Shown: positions 42,813 to 55,813, numbered from the stretch's first letter. The stretch is 64,000 nt of DNA from Eledone cirrhosa (GCA_964016885.1 OZ024742.1:131998001-132062000), one strand, 5' to 3'. Program-made: numbers and translations. Notes: generated from the letters alone by a model not told the origin.

Positions 42813-43010
42813 ACATGTTTTAGTTTGTTTTGCATCTGCTTAGCAGATGTCGGCGTAAATGTTTGGGCTGTTTTTTCAGCAATTTCATTTAGACATGACG
42901 CGTTAATGTTTGATGTTTGTGACAGAGAAAACCATGTGTTTATTAAGAGGTCAATTTCATTTTCAGACCAATTTCGTCCGCTGTGAGCTTGCTGGTCAGT
43001 AGACATATAC
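42812..43010 (-). pseudogene. Myb/SANT-like (trihelix) domain fragment
   Basis: RNWSENEIDLLINTWF....CLNEIAEK......SAKQMQNKLKHV fits the W..E...LI..W...IA......Q...K pattern. Cut by the pLTR copy. Confidence 0.5.
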
Positions 43011-43079
43011 ATTTTTTTTTTTTTTTCAATTATTATTATCATCCTTGTGTGCGTTTTAAGATATTTGTTATTTGATACG

Positions 43080-43283
43080 TGAGTGAGACTTTGGTCATTT
43101 GAAGAAATTAAAGAATCGGGTATATATATATATATATATTTTCTCTCTTATGGATGTGAGTTTGGTTTGAGGATGTTAATAGTTTTTGGTTGTTTGAAGA
43201 TTTCCAAGGAAAAACGAGTGTATATAATATTATTTGAAAAAACGGGTGTATATAATATTATTTGATGAAATTAAAGAATCGTG

Positions 43284-43316
<33 letters not shown>

Positions 43317-43620
43317 CTCTGTTATGGATGTGAATTTGGTTGTTTGAGGATGTTAATAGTTTTTGGTCATTTGGATGTTTGAAGATATCCAAGGAAAAAC
43401 GAGTGTATATAATAGTTTGTAGTTAAGAAGACTTACTTTCGAGTTTGTAGGGAGAGCACGTGTATTTATATATACTTTTATTTTCCTTATGTGAGTGAGC
43501 CTTTGGTTATTTGAAGATATTAAGGTAGCGTATATATATAGATGTGTATTCTCTTTTATGGATGTGAGATTTGGTTATTTGGTTGTTTAAGGCTGTTAAC
43601 AGTTTTTGGTTATTTGGTTA
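43080..43620. repeat. Degenerate tandem repeats
   Basis: Recurrent ttatggatgtga.tttgg, gatgttaatagtttttgg, ccaaggaaaaacgagtgtatataata and aaattaaagaatcg. Confidence 0.7.
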
Positions 43621-43766
43621 AATATATAATTATATATATACATAATTATATGTATATAATTATATATATATATATATAATTAAAAATATATATATATATT
43701 CATATATATATACATAATTATATGTATATAATTATATATATATATATAATTATACATATATACATT

Positions 43767-43833
<67 letters not shown>

Positions 43834-43835
<2 letters not shown>

Positions 43836-44582
43836 GGGGTCTTTCCTCATCCGAGTGCTCAAGCTACATACTGATTATGTATATACACTAGCTTGGCCGT
43901 ATTCTAAAGCTTCGTCAATGCTTTACTAAAATTTATATTTACTCCTAGAATTAACGATTAACTGATTAATTTAATTACATGATTCTATTGATTGATTAAT
44001 TGTTTAAGTTTGTTTGATAACTTCTGGTTGAGTGCTTTATTCGGTTTGTCTAAAGGGATTCATTGCTTTATCTCAAATTAGAATTCACCGCCTAAGCGGT
44101 GGTTACTTCCCTTGCAGTAAACCACGTGTCTGTGGCGACATTTAAAACTACAACATACCCGCTCAGGCTAAGAACAAAAGACTTGCTGATGAAGTAAATC
44201 CTATGTTCTGTCGTCAAAAAACATTATATTGCAGACTCCTGCAATAGGAATTTGTCGATCTTGGATTTGCAGAAACTTAGCGCTGGTGTTGAATGAGTTA
44301 TGTGATCTATATTGTTGATATACGATGTAAGTTATATATTTGGCACTCAGCCTCACCGCTATGTCCGGGTCAATATTAAATATTTTCCTGGGTCTTGTAT
44401 TTTCGTTGCTATAGTGATGCAGCTGAACTGCCGACCGCTATATCTGATTTGCTAAGGTGTCTGAACGTAATGTTATTACTCTGGGGTCTTTCCTCATCCG
44501 AGTGCTCAAGCTACAGACCGATTATGCATATACGCTAGCTTGGCCGTATTCTAAAGCTTCGTCAATGCTGTACTAAAATTTA

Positions 44583-44588
<6 letters not shown>
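43834..44588 (+). mobile_element. Partial tandem, 647-bp period, with long-stem-II hammerhead-like motif (44180-44299)
   Basis: 43834-43940 recurs at 44481-44588. CTGATGA-a gtaaatcc[insert]ggatttgc a-GAAAC-ttagcgctggt-GTT; stem I is poor. Confidence 0.7.
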
Positions 44589-44629
<41 letters not shown>

Positions 44630-44769
44630 TATATGTATCTAATTATATATATATATAATTATACATATATATATTCACATTTATATATATATATATATAT
44701 ATATACATAATTATATGTATATAATTATATATATAAAAATATATATATATATAATTATACATATATATA

Positions 44770-44848
<79 letters not shown>

Positions 44849-45019
44849 AATTAATATATCTACCGACATATGTATACAGATGAATACCTATGTTAGAAAA
44901 TATATATGTATTGCTTTAGTAACTTTGTGGTTCTATGCAAGGGGATGCAGAACAATTCTATGAAAGACGTAAATAAGAAAGTTATGAAAATTGACTTATT
45001 TACTAAAATTTCACTCCAA

Positions 45020-45115
<96 letters not shown>

Positions 45116-45316
45116 CATATATGTATATAATTATATATATATATATAATTATATTTATATATATATCTTCACACATATATATAGATATACATATAATTAT
45201 ATATAAATACATAATTATATTAGATAATTATATATATATAATTATATTTATATATATATATTCACTCATATATATAGATATACATATAATTATATATATA
45301 CATAATTATATGTATA

Positions 45317-45386
<70 letters not shown>

Positions 45387-45701
45387 TATTTATATATATA
45401 TATATTCCCATACACACATATATATATATATATATATAATTATATATATACACAATTATATGTATATAATTATATATATATACAATTAAGTTAAAGTGTA
45501 CATCTACATATGTATACGGAAGTATTAGTATGCATATAAATACACACATGTATACATATGTACATGTACTGAGTTTTTCACTAGACACTTTACAGTGAGT
45601 GTCAGCTAATCTGTATGTAACCACACAGACGGACCGGGTTTTAGAGTGATACGAGTTTTCAAGGTAACACATTTCCTCTATTCTCCAGAGAGCCAGACAG
45701 G

Positions 45702-45746
45702 AATATTGGACTAGTTTCGATGTTATTACATCTCATCAGCAATATT
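45702..45746 (-). ncRNA. Minimal type I hammerhead (GUC)
   Basis: aatattg-CTGATGA-gatgt aata acatc-GAAAC-ta-GTC-caatatt. Confidence 0.92.
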
Positions 45747-46170
45747 TACCCATCTTCCGGCTTCTCTGGAGAATTGTAAAAGCACATATCGTTATATGCT
45801 TTTTCTATGAAAATTAGTAGTGGGTAGACTAATTTGCATAGAACGTGAGTCATTGTACGCATCGGTTCAGCGGAAACGATAAAAATAAATAACGAAACGA
45901 AATTAAATTTCGTTTCGCTTCTAACTCACTTTTGTATGACTGACGCTTAAACAATTAAGTTAAAGTGTACATCTACATATGTATACGGAAGTATTAGTAT
46001 GCATATAAATACACACATGTATACATATGTACATGTACTGAGTTTTTCACTAGACACTTTACAGTGAGTGTCAGCTAGTCTGTATGTAACCACACAGACG
46101 GACCGGGTTTTAGAGTCATACGAGTTTTCAAGGAAACACATTTCCTCTATCCTCCAGAGAGGCAGACAGG

Positions 46171-46215
46171 AATATTGGACTAGTTTCGATGTTATTACAT
46201 CTCATCAGCAATATT
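46171..46215 (-). ncRNA. Minimal type I hammerhead (GUC)
   Basis: Identical motif one unit away. Confidence 0.92.
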
Positions 46216-46570
46216 TACCCATCTTCCGGCTTCTCTGGAGAATTGTAAAAGCACATATCGTTATATGCTTTTTCTATGAAAATTAGTAGTGGGTAGACTA
46301 ATTTGCATAGAACGTGAGTCTAATACTTCCGTATACATATGTAGATGTACACTTTAACTTAATTGTTTAAGCGTCAGTCATACAAAAGTGAGTTAGAAGC
46401 GAAACGGAATTTAATTTCGTTTCGTTATTTGTTTTTATCGTTTCCGCTGAACCGGTGCGTACAATGACTCACGTTCTATGCAAATTAGTTTACCCACAAC
46501 TAATTTTCATAGAAAAAGCATATAACGGTATGTGCTTTTACAATTCTCCAGAGAAGCCGGAAGATGGGTA

Positions 46571-46615
46571 AATATTGCTGATGAGATGTAATAACATCGA
46601 AACTAGTCCAATATT
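46571..46615 (+). ncRNA. Minimal type I hammerhead (GUC)
   Basis: Identical motif on the inverted arm. Confidence 0.92.
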
Positions 46616-47021
46616 CCTGTCTGGCTCTCTGGAGAATAGAGGAAATGTGTTTCCTTGAAAACTCGTATGACTCTAAAACACGGTCCGTCTGTGTGGTTAC
46701 ATACAGACTAGCTGACACTCACTGTAAAGTGTCTAGTGAGAAACTCAGTACATGTACATATGTATACATGTGTGTATTTATATGCATACTAATACTTCCG
46801 TATACATATGTAGATGTACACTTTAACTTAATTGTTTAAGCGTCAGTCATACAAAAGTGAGTTAGAAGCGAAACGAAATTTAATTTCGTTTCGTTATTTG
46901 TTTTTATATATATATATATATATATACATATAATTATATGTATATAATTATATATATGTGTATATATAATTATATTTATATATATATATATACAATTATA
47001 TTTATTTATATATATATATAT

Positions 47022-48666
<1,645 letters not shown>

Positions 48667-48746
48667 TATATATATATATATTTATATGCATATATATATA
48701 TATATATATAATTATATTTATATATATATATATATATATATAATTA

Positions 48747-48792
<46 letters not shown>

Positions 48793-48813
48793 TATATATA
48801 TATATTTATATGC

Positions 48814-48866
<53 letters not shown>

Positions 48867-48970
48867 TATATATATACATAAATATATTATATATATAAAT
48901 ATATATATATATTCATATATATATATATATATGTATATATAATTATATTTATATATATATATTTATATAT

Positions 48971-49067
<97 letters not shown>

Positions 49068-49115
49068 TATATATATATATATATATATATAATTATATTT
49101 ATATATATATATATA

Positions 49116-49421
49116 GATTTTGAGTATATGTTGGTTGTATACCAACACCTCACTATGCAGGCTGGAGCACTGGGCGAGTTGCGCAGGTTGGTTTGGTTAT
49201 TCCGGAGTAATGTAACATAAAGTTAAATAAAAAGTCAAATGTTTAAAATTTAGCTTCGTTTATTACTGCTATATATATTTCAGTGACAGCCATCTTTGGC
49301 TGTGACCACTTCAGGCAGTTTGTGACCTGAAGAGGTGACAGCGGAAGATGGCTGTCACTGAAATATATATAGCAGTAATAAACGAAGCTAAATTTTAAAC
49401 ATTTGACTTTTTATTTAACTT

Positions 49422-49424
<3 letters not shown>
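49116..49424. mobile_element. Fold-back insertion centred on a degenerate hammerhead
   Basis: Inverted repeat 49217-49424 plus left tail. Centre gtgac-CTGAAGA-ggtgacagc-GGAA-gatggct-gtcac. Confidence 0.75.
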
Positions 49425-49493
<69 letters not shown>

Positions 49494-49496
<3 letters not shown>

Positions 49497-49699
49497 AACC
49501 AGTAAGACCCCGACAGCTGAGCTCAAGCCGTTTCGACGGCTAATTCTGGACTAAAATCTTTAGTCCAGAATTAGCCGTCGAAACGGCTTGAGCTCAGCTG
49601 TCGGGGTCTTACTGGTTCCTATTACCCACTCTACTACCTCAAGTATTGAGTACTTTGGTGCGTTATGGTCCACCTGGTTCCTTACCACATTTCCTTCGT

Positions 49700-49738
<39 letters not shown>

Positions 49739-49914
49739 ATATATAATTATATAACGAAGGAAATGTGGGAAGGAACCAGGTGGACCATAACGCACCAAAG
49801 TACTCAATACTTAAGGTAGTAGAGTGTGTAATAGGTACCAGTAAGACCCCGACGGCTGAGCTCAAGCCGTTTCGACGGTTTGAGCTCAGCCGTCGAGGTC
49901 TTACTGGTTCCTAT
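49494..49914. mobile_element. Two adjacent family Y fold-back insertions (49494-49702 and 49751-49914)
   Basis: Each is a hairpin whose arms carry the HHR 3' half GAAAC-ggc ttgagctca gcy-GTC-ggggt. Their tails are mutual reverse complements across a TA tract. Confidence 0.85.
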
Positions 49915-49943
49915 ATAATTATATATATATATATATAAAATTA

Positions 49944-49987
<44 letters not shown>

Positions 49988-50097
49988 TATATATATAATT
50001 ATGTATATATATATATATATATATAATTATATATAATTATATATATATATATATAATTATATATATAAATATATATAATTATATATATATATATATA

Positions 50098-50145
<48 letters not shown>

Positions 50146-50393
50146 TATATATATACATATATATTGATATATATATAATTATATTTATATATATATATAT
50201 ATATATTCATGTATATATAATTATATTTATATATATATATATATTCATATATATATAATTATATTTATATATATATATATATTCATATATATATAATTAT
50301 ATTTATATATATATATTCATATATATATATATATATATATATTCATATATATATAATTATATTTATATATATATATATATTCATATATATATA

Positions 50394-50439
<46 letters not shown>

Positions 50440-50442
<3 letters not shown>

Positions 50443-50987
50443 GGGAAACATGCATATTAACGGCTGAGTAGCCCAATTTGCATATCGAGTGGGTTAATCG
50501 GCCGGGTGCACAGAAAACGATAAACGGAAAAAATGAAACGAAATTTCGTTTCCCACTCTTAGTACGGCTGTTACTTAAATACAAGTATGTACACGTACAT
50601 ACATATATGTATACAGTCGTACGGTAGTATGTATATATATATATACATACATGCAGACACATATATATATATATATGTGTACGTATGGATTCACCGAACA
50701 TTTATTATAATGCTCGGTGTGTTTGGAAATAAACATCCCGAATTAAGCCGTACAGTGTCTAGCAACCATCGTTGCTCATTTGTTCAACACTGTCAAAGGA
50801 ACGCTGTACTAGTATCAAGCTTCTCAGCTATCGTCAGCAACGTATACCCCGGCCGATTAACTCACTCGATATGCAAATTAGGCTGCTCATCCATTAATAT
50901 GCATAAGGAAAATATATACTTTCAGACGTTCAACCATCTGGCAGGAAGGTATACGTTGCTGACGATAGCTAATAAGCTTGAAACTAG
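50440..50987. mobile_element. Family R2 head-to-head copy fused to the Neptune-like PLE
   Basis: Minus arm 50440-50847 (HHR with GATA instead of GAAA at 50801-50843). Plus arm 50848-50987 ends at GAAACTAG. Confidence 0.85.
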
Positions 50988-51147
50988 GGGTATTACTTCT
51001 ACTACCACTATGACCACGACCACTAACAACAACAACAACAACAATAATAATAATAATAATAAAAGTGATGTTGATGGTGATGATTAATAGAAAATGCTAT
51101 TTTCATCATTTCAAAAAAGCAAAACAATTGATACGTTGGATATGACT

Positions 51148-51318
51148 ATTGGTCGTTAGCATGCTCAACCAGCCGTGACGCTTAAACCAATCAGCTGTAG
51201 TAATTCAGTGAAACTACACACTGATTGGTCGAAATACAGTTTACAGGGCTTTTCATTCTGGAGCCACTTTTCTCTGTATAAAATGTATAAAAGGTAGGAA
51301 ATTTACCCATCTCATTAC
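51148..51318 (+). promoter_or_regulatory. Candidate Pol II promoter in the pLTR
   Basis: CCAAT/ATTGG boxes at 51148, 51187 and 51224; TATAAAA at 51277 and 51286; Inr-like TCATT at ~51312. Confidence 0.5.
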
Positions 51319-51355
51319 AGTTGAAAATTGCAAACTCGACTGTCACCACATATCA

Positions 51356-51394
51356 TGAACCTGAAGATTGCGAAAGCATGAAAGTACTTGTTCA
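51356..51394 (+). ncRNA. Minimal type I hammerhead in the 5' pLTR (CUU)
   Basis: tgaac-CTGAAGA-t tgc gaaa gca t-GAAA-gtac-TT-gttca; palindromic stem III AGTACT. Confidence 0.88.
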
Positions 51395-51598
51395 ATTAAC
51401 ACTTAGAATTTAATATTCTATCATACTATTTCATTATAATACCATTATATATATTTTAAAGGATTGTAAATAAAACGAGTAAATCAGACAAAGTTGGAAT
51501 TCCTCTTATTAATATAATCTTCTATACACAATCATACACACCCGTGTATATTTACCTATCTATATCTATATATATATTCCTATTGTGTATATGCCAAC

Positions 51599-52948
51599 AT
51601 GTCTGGAAAGCAACAAATGAAACCAACAGAATCAGAAAGAATTCTAAAGGAGATATCATCGAAATTATCAACACTTATCACGATGATGGACACACAATCC
51701 TCTATTTTAAAGGAAATAGAAAAACAATCTACAGACGGAAAACTTATAACTGAACATATAAACTCTGAAATTAAGAATTTAGCTGAAATTATACCAACAG
51801 TTATCAAAGATACAAGAGAAAGCCTACCACAACCCCCTTGGATGTCAGAAATAAACGAAAGAAATTTGGAAAACAAAACACATCGAATAAGAAAAGAAAT
51901 GTGGAAGACATGGAAAAAATTCCTTAACATAAGAAAACAAAATTTCTGGAAAGCATACAGATGCGAAAAATATGTCGAAACACATTCGAAATGGCTCTCT
52001 CTAACGGCACCCATACTCCCTCGTAAATACCTAATTACAGAAATTGCAGGAGAACCAGAAGAAGAAACAAAACTCCGATGGGAACTTACATTGACAAAAT
52101 TCAGGACCGACATCTCCATTTCTGAATGTAAACAATCCCGCTACAAAGCCAAATATGAAGCTATTGATGACCAAATTGAAGTTGAAATTTCAAAGCTAAC
52201 GACTGGTATTATAGCTGAAAAACTACGAGAACTATGGATCGGAGATATCTCAAAAGAAGAAAACAAATCAAGAAAGGTATGGCAGCAGAAACAATTATTT
52301 CTCGATGAATATGCTGCAAATTACGGTAAAGACTCTGGAACCCTGAGAAAAAGCATTAAAAGTGGACAATCTCATCAACACAACATACGCCAGAACACGT
52401 GCCAACACAAACACTCACCTTACCTTGAATCAAAGAAGAACTACGGTAATAACTCTTCGCTTTTTCTACAAAAACACCCTATCGCACACAACATGAACAA
52501 AAAGCACAAACACGATAGGTATTCCTTTGACCAGACCATGAGAAGTAGTAAAACCAGGAGATCATTCTCAAGATCTCAACAGAGACTACCAACAAGGAAT
52601 GTGGAAACAAAACGTAGAATAACCAGATCACTCTCAAGATCTCAACAGAGATTGCCCACAAGAAACTGGACGAAAAAACGATCTAAACCTGAAAGCAAAC
52701 CTAGGTCATTTTCCCAGATTGTTAAAAATAATGCTAACAGGAAGAAAAATAATATACAGAATACCAAAAATAGGACAAAATACATAACGAAACCAAATAT
52801 AATATCACGACCAAAAGTTCATCAAGCGAACACCAACAGGAATATAAATCCTGAACAGAGAAACATTCATTTTTTAACGTCAGGACAACAAAAACCGGAA
52901 AAAGAAAAACTCCAGGAGGAAACATACCCAAAACAGCTGTACACGTAG
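51599..52948 (+). CDS. PLE ORF1, 449 aa: helical/coiled-coil-like N-terminus, basic R/S/K-rich C-terminus
   Basis: Long ORF with ATG just after the 5' pLTR; duplicated SRSQQRLPTRN. Function unknown. Confidence 0.8.
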   Translation: MSGKQQMKPTESERILKEISSKLSTLITMMDTQSSILKEIEKQSTDGKLITEHINSEIKNLAEIIPTVIKDTRESLPQPPWMSEINERNLENKTHRIRKEMWKTWKKFLNIRKQNFWKAYRCEKYVETHSKWLSLTAPILPRKYLITEIAGEPEEETKLRWELTLTKFRTDISISECKQSRYKAKYEAIDDQIEVEISKLTTGIIAEKLRELWIGDISKEENKSRKVWQQKQLFLDEYAANYGKDSGTLRKSIKSGQSHQHNIRQNTCQHKHSPYLESKKNYGNNSSLFLQKHPIAHNMNKKHKHDRYSFDQTMRSSKTRRSFSRSQQRLPTRNVETKRRITRSLSRSQQRLPTRNWTKKRSKPESKPRSFSQIVKNNANRKKNNIQNTKNRTKYITKPNIISRPKVHQANTNRNINPEQRNIHFLTSGQQKPEKEKLQEETYPKQLYT

Positions 52949-55182
52949 ATCCTAAAATAATTAATTTATCTAAAAGAGATCTTGACAATGATGAAATGCA
53001 AATTCTGTCAAAAGGACTGAAATTCACACCGACTCCAACAGTCAACCACCAAGAACTGAAGGAGGATACCCAAGAATTCTGTCGAAAATTACGTCTTGTA
53101 GAATTCTTCGCTGATAAAAATAATGAGAGTGATGAATCACTAGTAAAGAATAAATCAAATTTCACTCCGCCAAAAGGAAGAAATATCTATCTCGACCAAT
53201 ACATTGACATCCTGTCTAAATTTCCTCTTAGACATAATACTAATGTTAGGCCAAACATTAACAAATCAGAAATGTCTGCACTTAAACGTATACAAAATGA
53301 TAAAACAATAATAATTAAACAAGCAGATAAAGGGGGTGCAGTTGTTATAATGGATACTGAATACTACAAGGATTTGGTTGAGGAACAACTGAAAGACACA
53401 ACATTCTATCATGAAATACCGTCAAATATAGACCACAACATCATGAAGAAGATCAACAACCTGGCTTCAAAATACCACAACTCATTTACTGATAAGGAAA
53501 GAGACTACATCACCAATTTTGAGCCGAAACCCAGCAACCTGTATGGCCTACCTAAAGTTCACAAGTCAAAAGAAATACAACTGGCAGTAAGAGAACAAAA
53601 CAGTGAGTACATTAAATTATTACACCCAAAAGACTTAAAACTTAGACCTATTATAGCTGGTCCAACATGCCCCACTCACCGTCTAAGCAATTTTGTTGAC
53701 ATTATTTTGAAACCACTATGTATTCACATACCCAGTTTCATCCGGGATGATATCGACTTCCTGTCCCATCTTCCCAAAACCACGGAAACGAATTCACTTC
53801 TACTCAGTTTTGATGTGGTAAGCCTTTACACCAACATTACACATGATTTAGGAATAAAGGCGGTTAAATACTGGGTGGAAAAACATAGAGAAGTGATTCC
53901 CATTAGATTCACAGCGCCATTTATATTAGACGCAGTTAAACTTATTCTGGAAAACAACACTTTCTTCTTCAATGGAAAGAATTACATCCAAATTAGAGGC
54001 ACAGCGATGGGAACGAAGTTTGCTCCCGTTTACGCGAACTCTGTAATGGGATACTTAGAACAACAACTCTACCAAGAAATAGAGGAAAAATATAGTACTG
54101 ACTTTAGAAAGTACATTGAAAAATCTTGGAAGAGATACCTTGACGACTGTTTCATCATCTGGACAGAATCTCTAGATACTCTGGATGAGTTCAATATCCT
54201 CCTGAATAACCTACACCCATCTCTCCAATTCACAAAAGAGATGAGTAGGACCAAATTACCATTCCTAGATATAATGATAATCAAAAACGACACCACCATT
54301 ACCACGGATATATATTATAAACACACAGACACCCATCAATATCTGAATTTTAAGTCGTGCCATCCACCTCATACAAAACGCAACATCCCATACTGCCTAG
54401 CCAGAAGAATTTGTACCATTGTAGAAGATACGAATAACAGGTACAAACGCCTAACAGAACTAAGAGAATTTTTGCTCAAACAAAAATACCCATCTCTACT
54501 TATAGAAAATGGCATACAGCGGGCTATAAAAATACCTATACAACAACTTAGAACAACCCAAAGAAGAAGAAACCAAGAACTGGTCATACCATTTATAATG
54601 ACACACAACCCATGTCACCAGAATATCTTCAACACTGCCAAAGCAAACCTACCGATCATTGCTCAAAGTAATGAATTAAAAGGCTTAATCACAGATCGAT
54701 CTTTGACTCTTAGTAAAAGACAGCCAAAAAATTTGAAGCAATTGCTAACAAAAGCAAAGTTTGACCTTAACAACAAAGACCAATCATTCACTGTATCTAA
54801 ATGCAATGATAATCGATGCGGCACATGTCAATCCATACACGCCGGTCAATATATGAAAACAAAAACTGGAAAAATATTCACAAATGCAAATATGAACTGC
54901 AAAAGCAGAAATCTAATTTACTGCATTAAATGCCCGAATTGTGAAGAACTATATGTCGGTCAAACTGGAAATGCACTATCGGAACGTGCACGGGTACACC
55001 GTCAACAAATCAGAGACCCAAATGTCCGTCAGATACCCCTAAGCGGCCACCTGGCAACATGTGGTCAGGGAATATTTATAATATTCCCATTCTACAAATT
55101 ACACAGCCCAAATGAAATCAAGAGAAAAATCAAAGAAAAGAATTTTATTGATAAATTCAAACCCAAGCTAAATGAACAATAA
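52855..55182 (+). CDS. PLE reverse transcriptase + Cys linker + GIY-YIG endonuclease (first ATG at 52996)
   Basis: IINLS..L...E..ILSKGLKF, ADKGG, YGLPKVHK, LRPII, SFDVVSLYTNI, GTAMGT, RYLDD, LPFLD, CNDNRCGTC, LIYCIKC..C...YVGQT, R..HR. Confidence 0.97.
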   Translation, partial: TEKHSFFNVRTTKTGKRKTPGGNIPKTAVHVDPKIINLSKRDLDNDEMQILSKGLKFTPTPTVNHQELKEDTQEFCRKLRLVEFFADKNNESDESLVKNKSNFTPPKGRNIYLDQYIDILSKFPLRHNTNVRPNINKSEMSALKRIQNDKTIIIKQADKGGAVVIMDTEYYKDLVEEQLKDTTFYHEIPSNIDHNIMKKINNLASKYHNSFTDKERDYITNFEPKPSNLYGLPKVHKSKEIQLAVREQNSEYIKLLHPKDLKLRPIIAGPTCPTHRLSNFVDIILKPLCIHIPSFIRDDIDFLSHLPKTTETNSLLLSFDVVSLYTNITHDLGIKAVKYWVEKHREVIPIRFTAPFILDAVKLILENNTFFFNGKNYIQIRGTAMGTKFAPVYANSVMGYLEQQLYQEIEEKYSTDFRKYIEKSWKRYLDDCFIIWTESLDTLDEFNILLNNLHPSLQFTKEMSRTKLPFLDIMIIKNDTTITTDIYYKHTDTHQYLNFKSCHPPHTKRNIPYCLARRICTIVEDTNNRYKRLTELREFLLKQKYPSLLIENGIQRAIKIPIQQLRTTQRRRNQELVIPFIMTHNPCHQNIFNTAKANLPIIAQSNELKGLITDRSLTLSKRQPKNLKQLLTKAKFDLNNKDQSFTVSKCNDNRCGTCQSIHAGQYMKTKTGKIFTNANMNCKSRNLIYCIKCPNCEELYVGQTGNALSERARVHRQQIRDPNVRQIPLSGHLATCGQGIFIIFPFYKLHSPNEIKRKIKEKNFIDKFKPKLNEQ
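52870..52876 (+). other. Candidate -1 ribosomal frameshift heptamer U UUU UUA
   Basis: caT TTT TTA in the ORF1 frame, inside the ORF1/ORF2 overlap 52855-52948. Confidence 0.6.
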
Positions 55183-55557
55183 TAACGCCTAGGGGTATTA
55201 CTTCTACTACCACTATGACCACGACCACTAGCAACAACAACAACAACAATAATAATAATAATAAAAGTGATGTTGATGGTGATGATTAATAGAAAATGCT
55301 ATTTTCATCATTTCAAAAAAGCAAAACAATTGATACGTTGGATATGACTATTGGTCGTTAGCATGCTCAACCAGCCGTGACGCTTAAACCAATCAGCTGT
55401 AGTAATTCAGTGAAACTACACACTGATTGGTCGAAATACAGTTTACAGGGCTTTTCATTCTGGAGCCACTTTTCTCTGTATAAAATGTATAAAAGGTAGG
55501 AAATTTACCCATCTCATTACAGTTGAAAATTGCAAACTCGACTGTCACCACATATCA

Positions 55558-55596
55558 TGAACCTGAAGATTGCGAAAGCATGAAAGTACTTGTTCA
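55558..55596 (+). ncRNA. Minimal type I hammerhead in the 3' pLTR
   Basis: Identical to 51356-51394. Confidence 0.88.
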
Positions 55597-55813
55597 ATTA
55601 ACACTTAGAATTTAATATTCTATCATACTATTTCATTATAATACCATTATATATATATTTAAAGGATTGTAAATAAAACGAGTAAATCAGACAAAGTTGG
55701 AATTCCTCTTATTAATATAATCTTCTATACACAATCATACACACCCGTGTATATTTACCTATCTATATCTCTATATATATTTATATATATATTCATATAT
55801 ATATTTATATATA

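Larger units (their letters stand above)
45481..46907. mobile_element. Retrozyme-like family R1: 469-bp units, minus-sense array 45481-46320 joined head-to-head to plus-sense array 46321-46907
   Basis: 469-bp period on both arms, three intact HHRs, flanked by (TA)n, non-coding. Confidence 0.9.
50984..55770 (+). mobile_element. Apparently intact Penelope-like element (Neptune-type) with two pLTRs
   Basis: Near-identical ~583-bp direct repeats at 50984-51567 and 55189-55770 flank two uninterrupted ORFs; 3' end lies in (TA)n. Confidence 0.95.

Noticed and set aside
43080-43620. Spaced repeats suggesting a CRISPR array
   Set aside because: Repeats are degenerate and irregular, spacers are themselves repetitive, and the context is eukaryotic.
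50984-55770. LTR retrotransposon interpretation of the direct repeats
   Set aside because: No TG...CA termini, protease, RNase H or integrase; RT motifs, GIY-YIG and HHR indicate a PLE.
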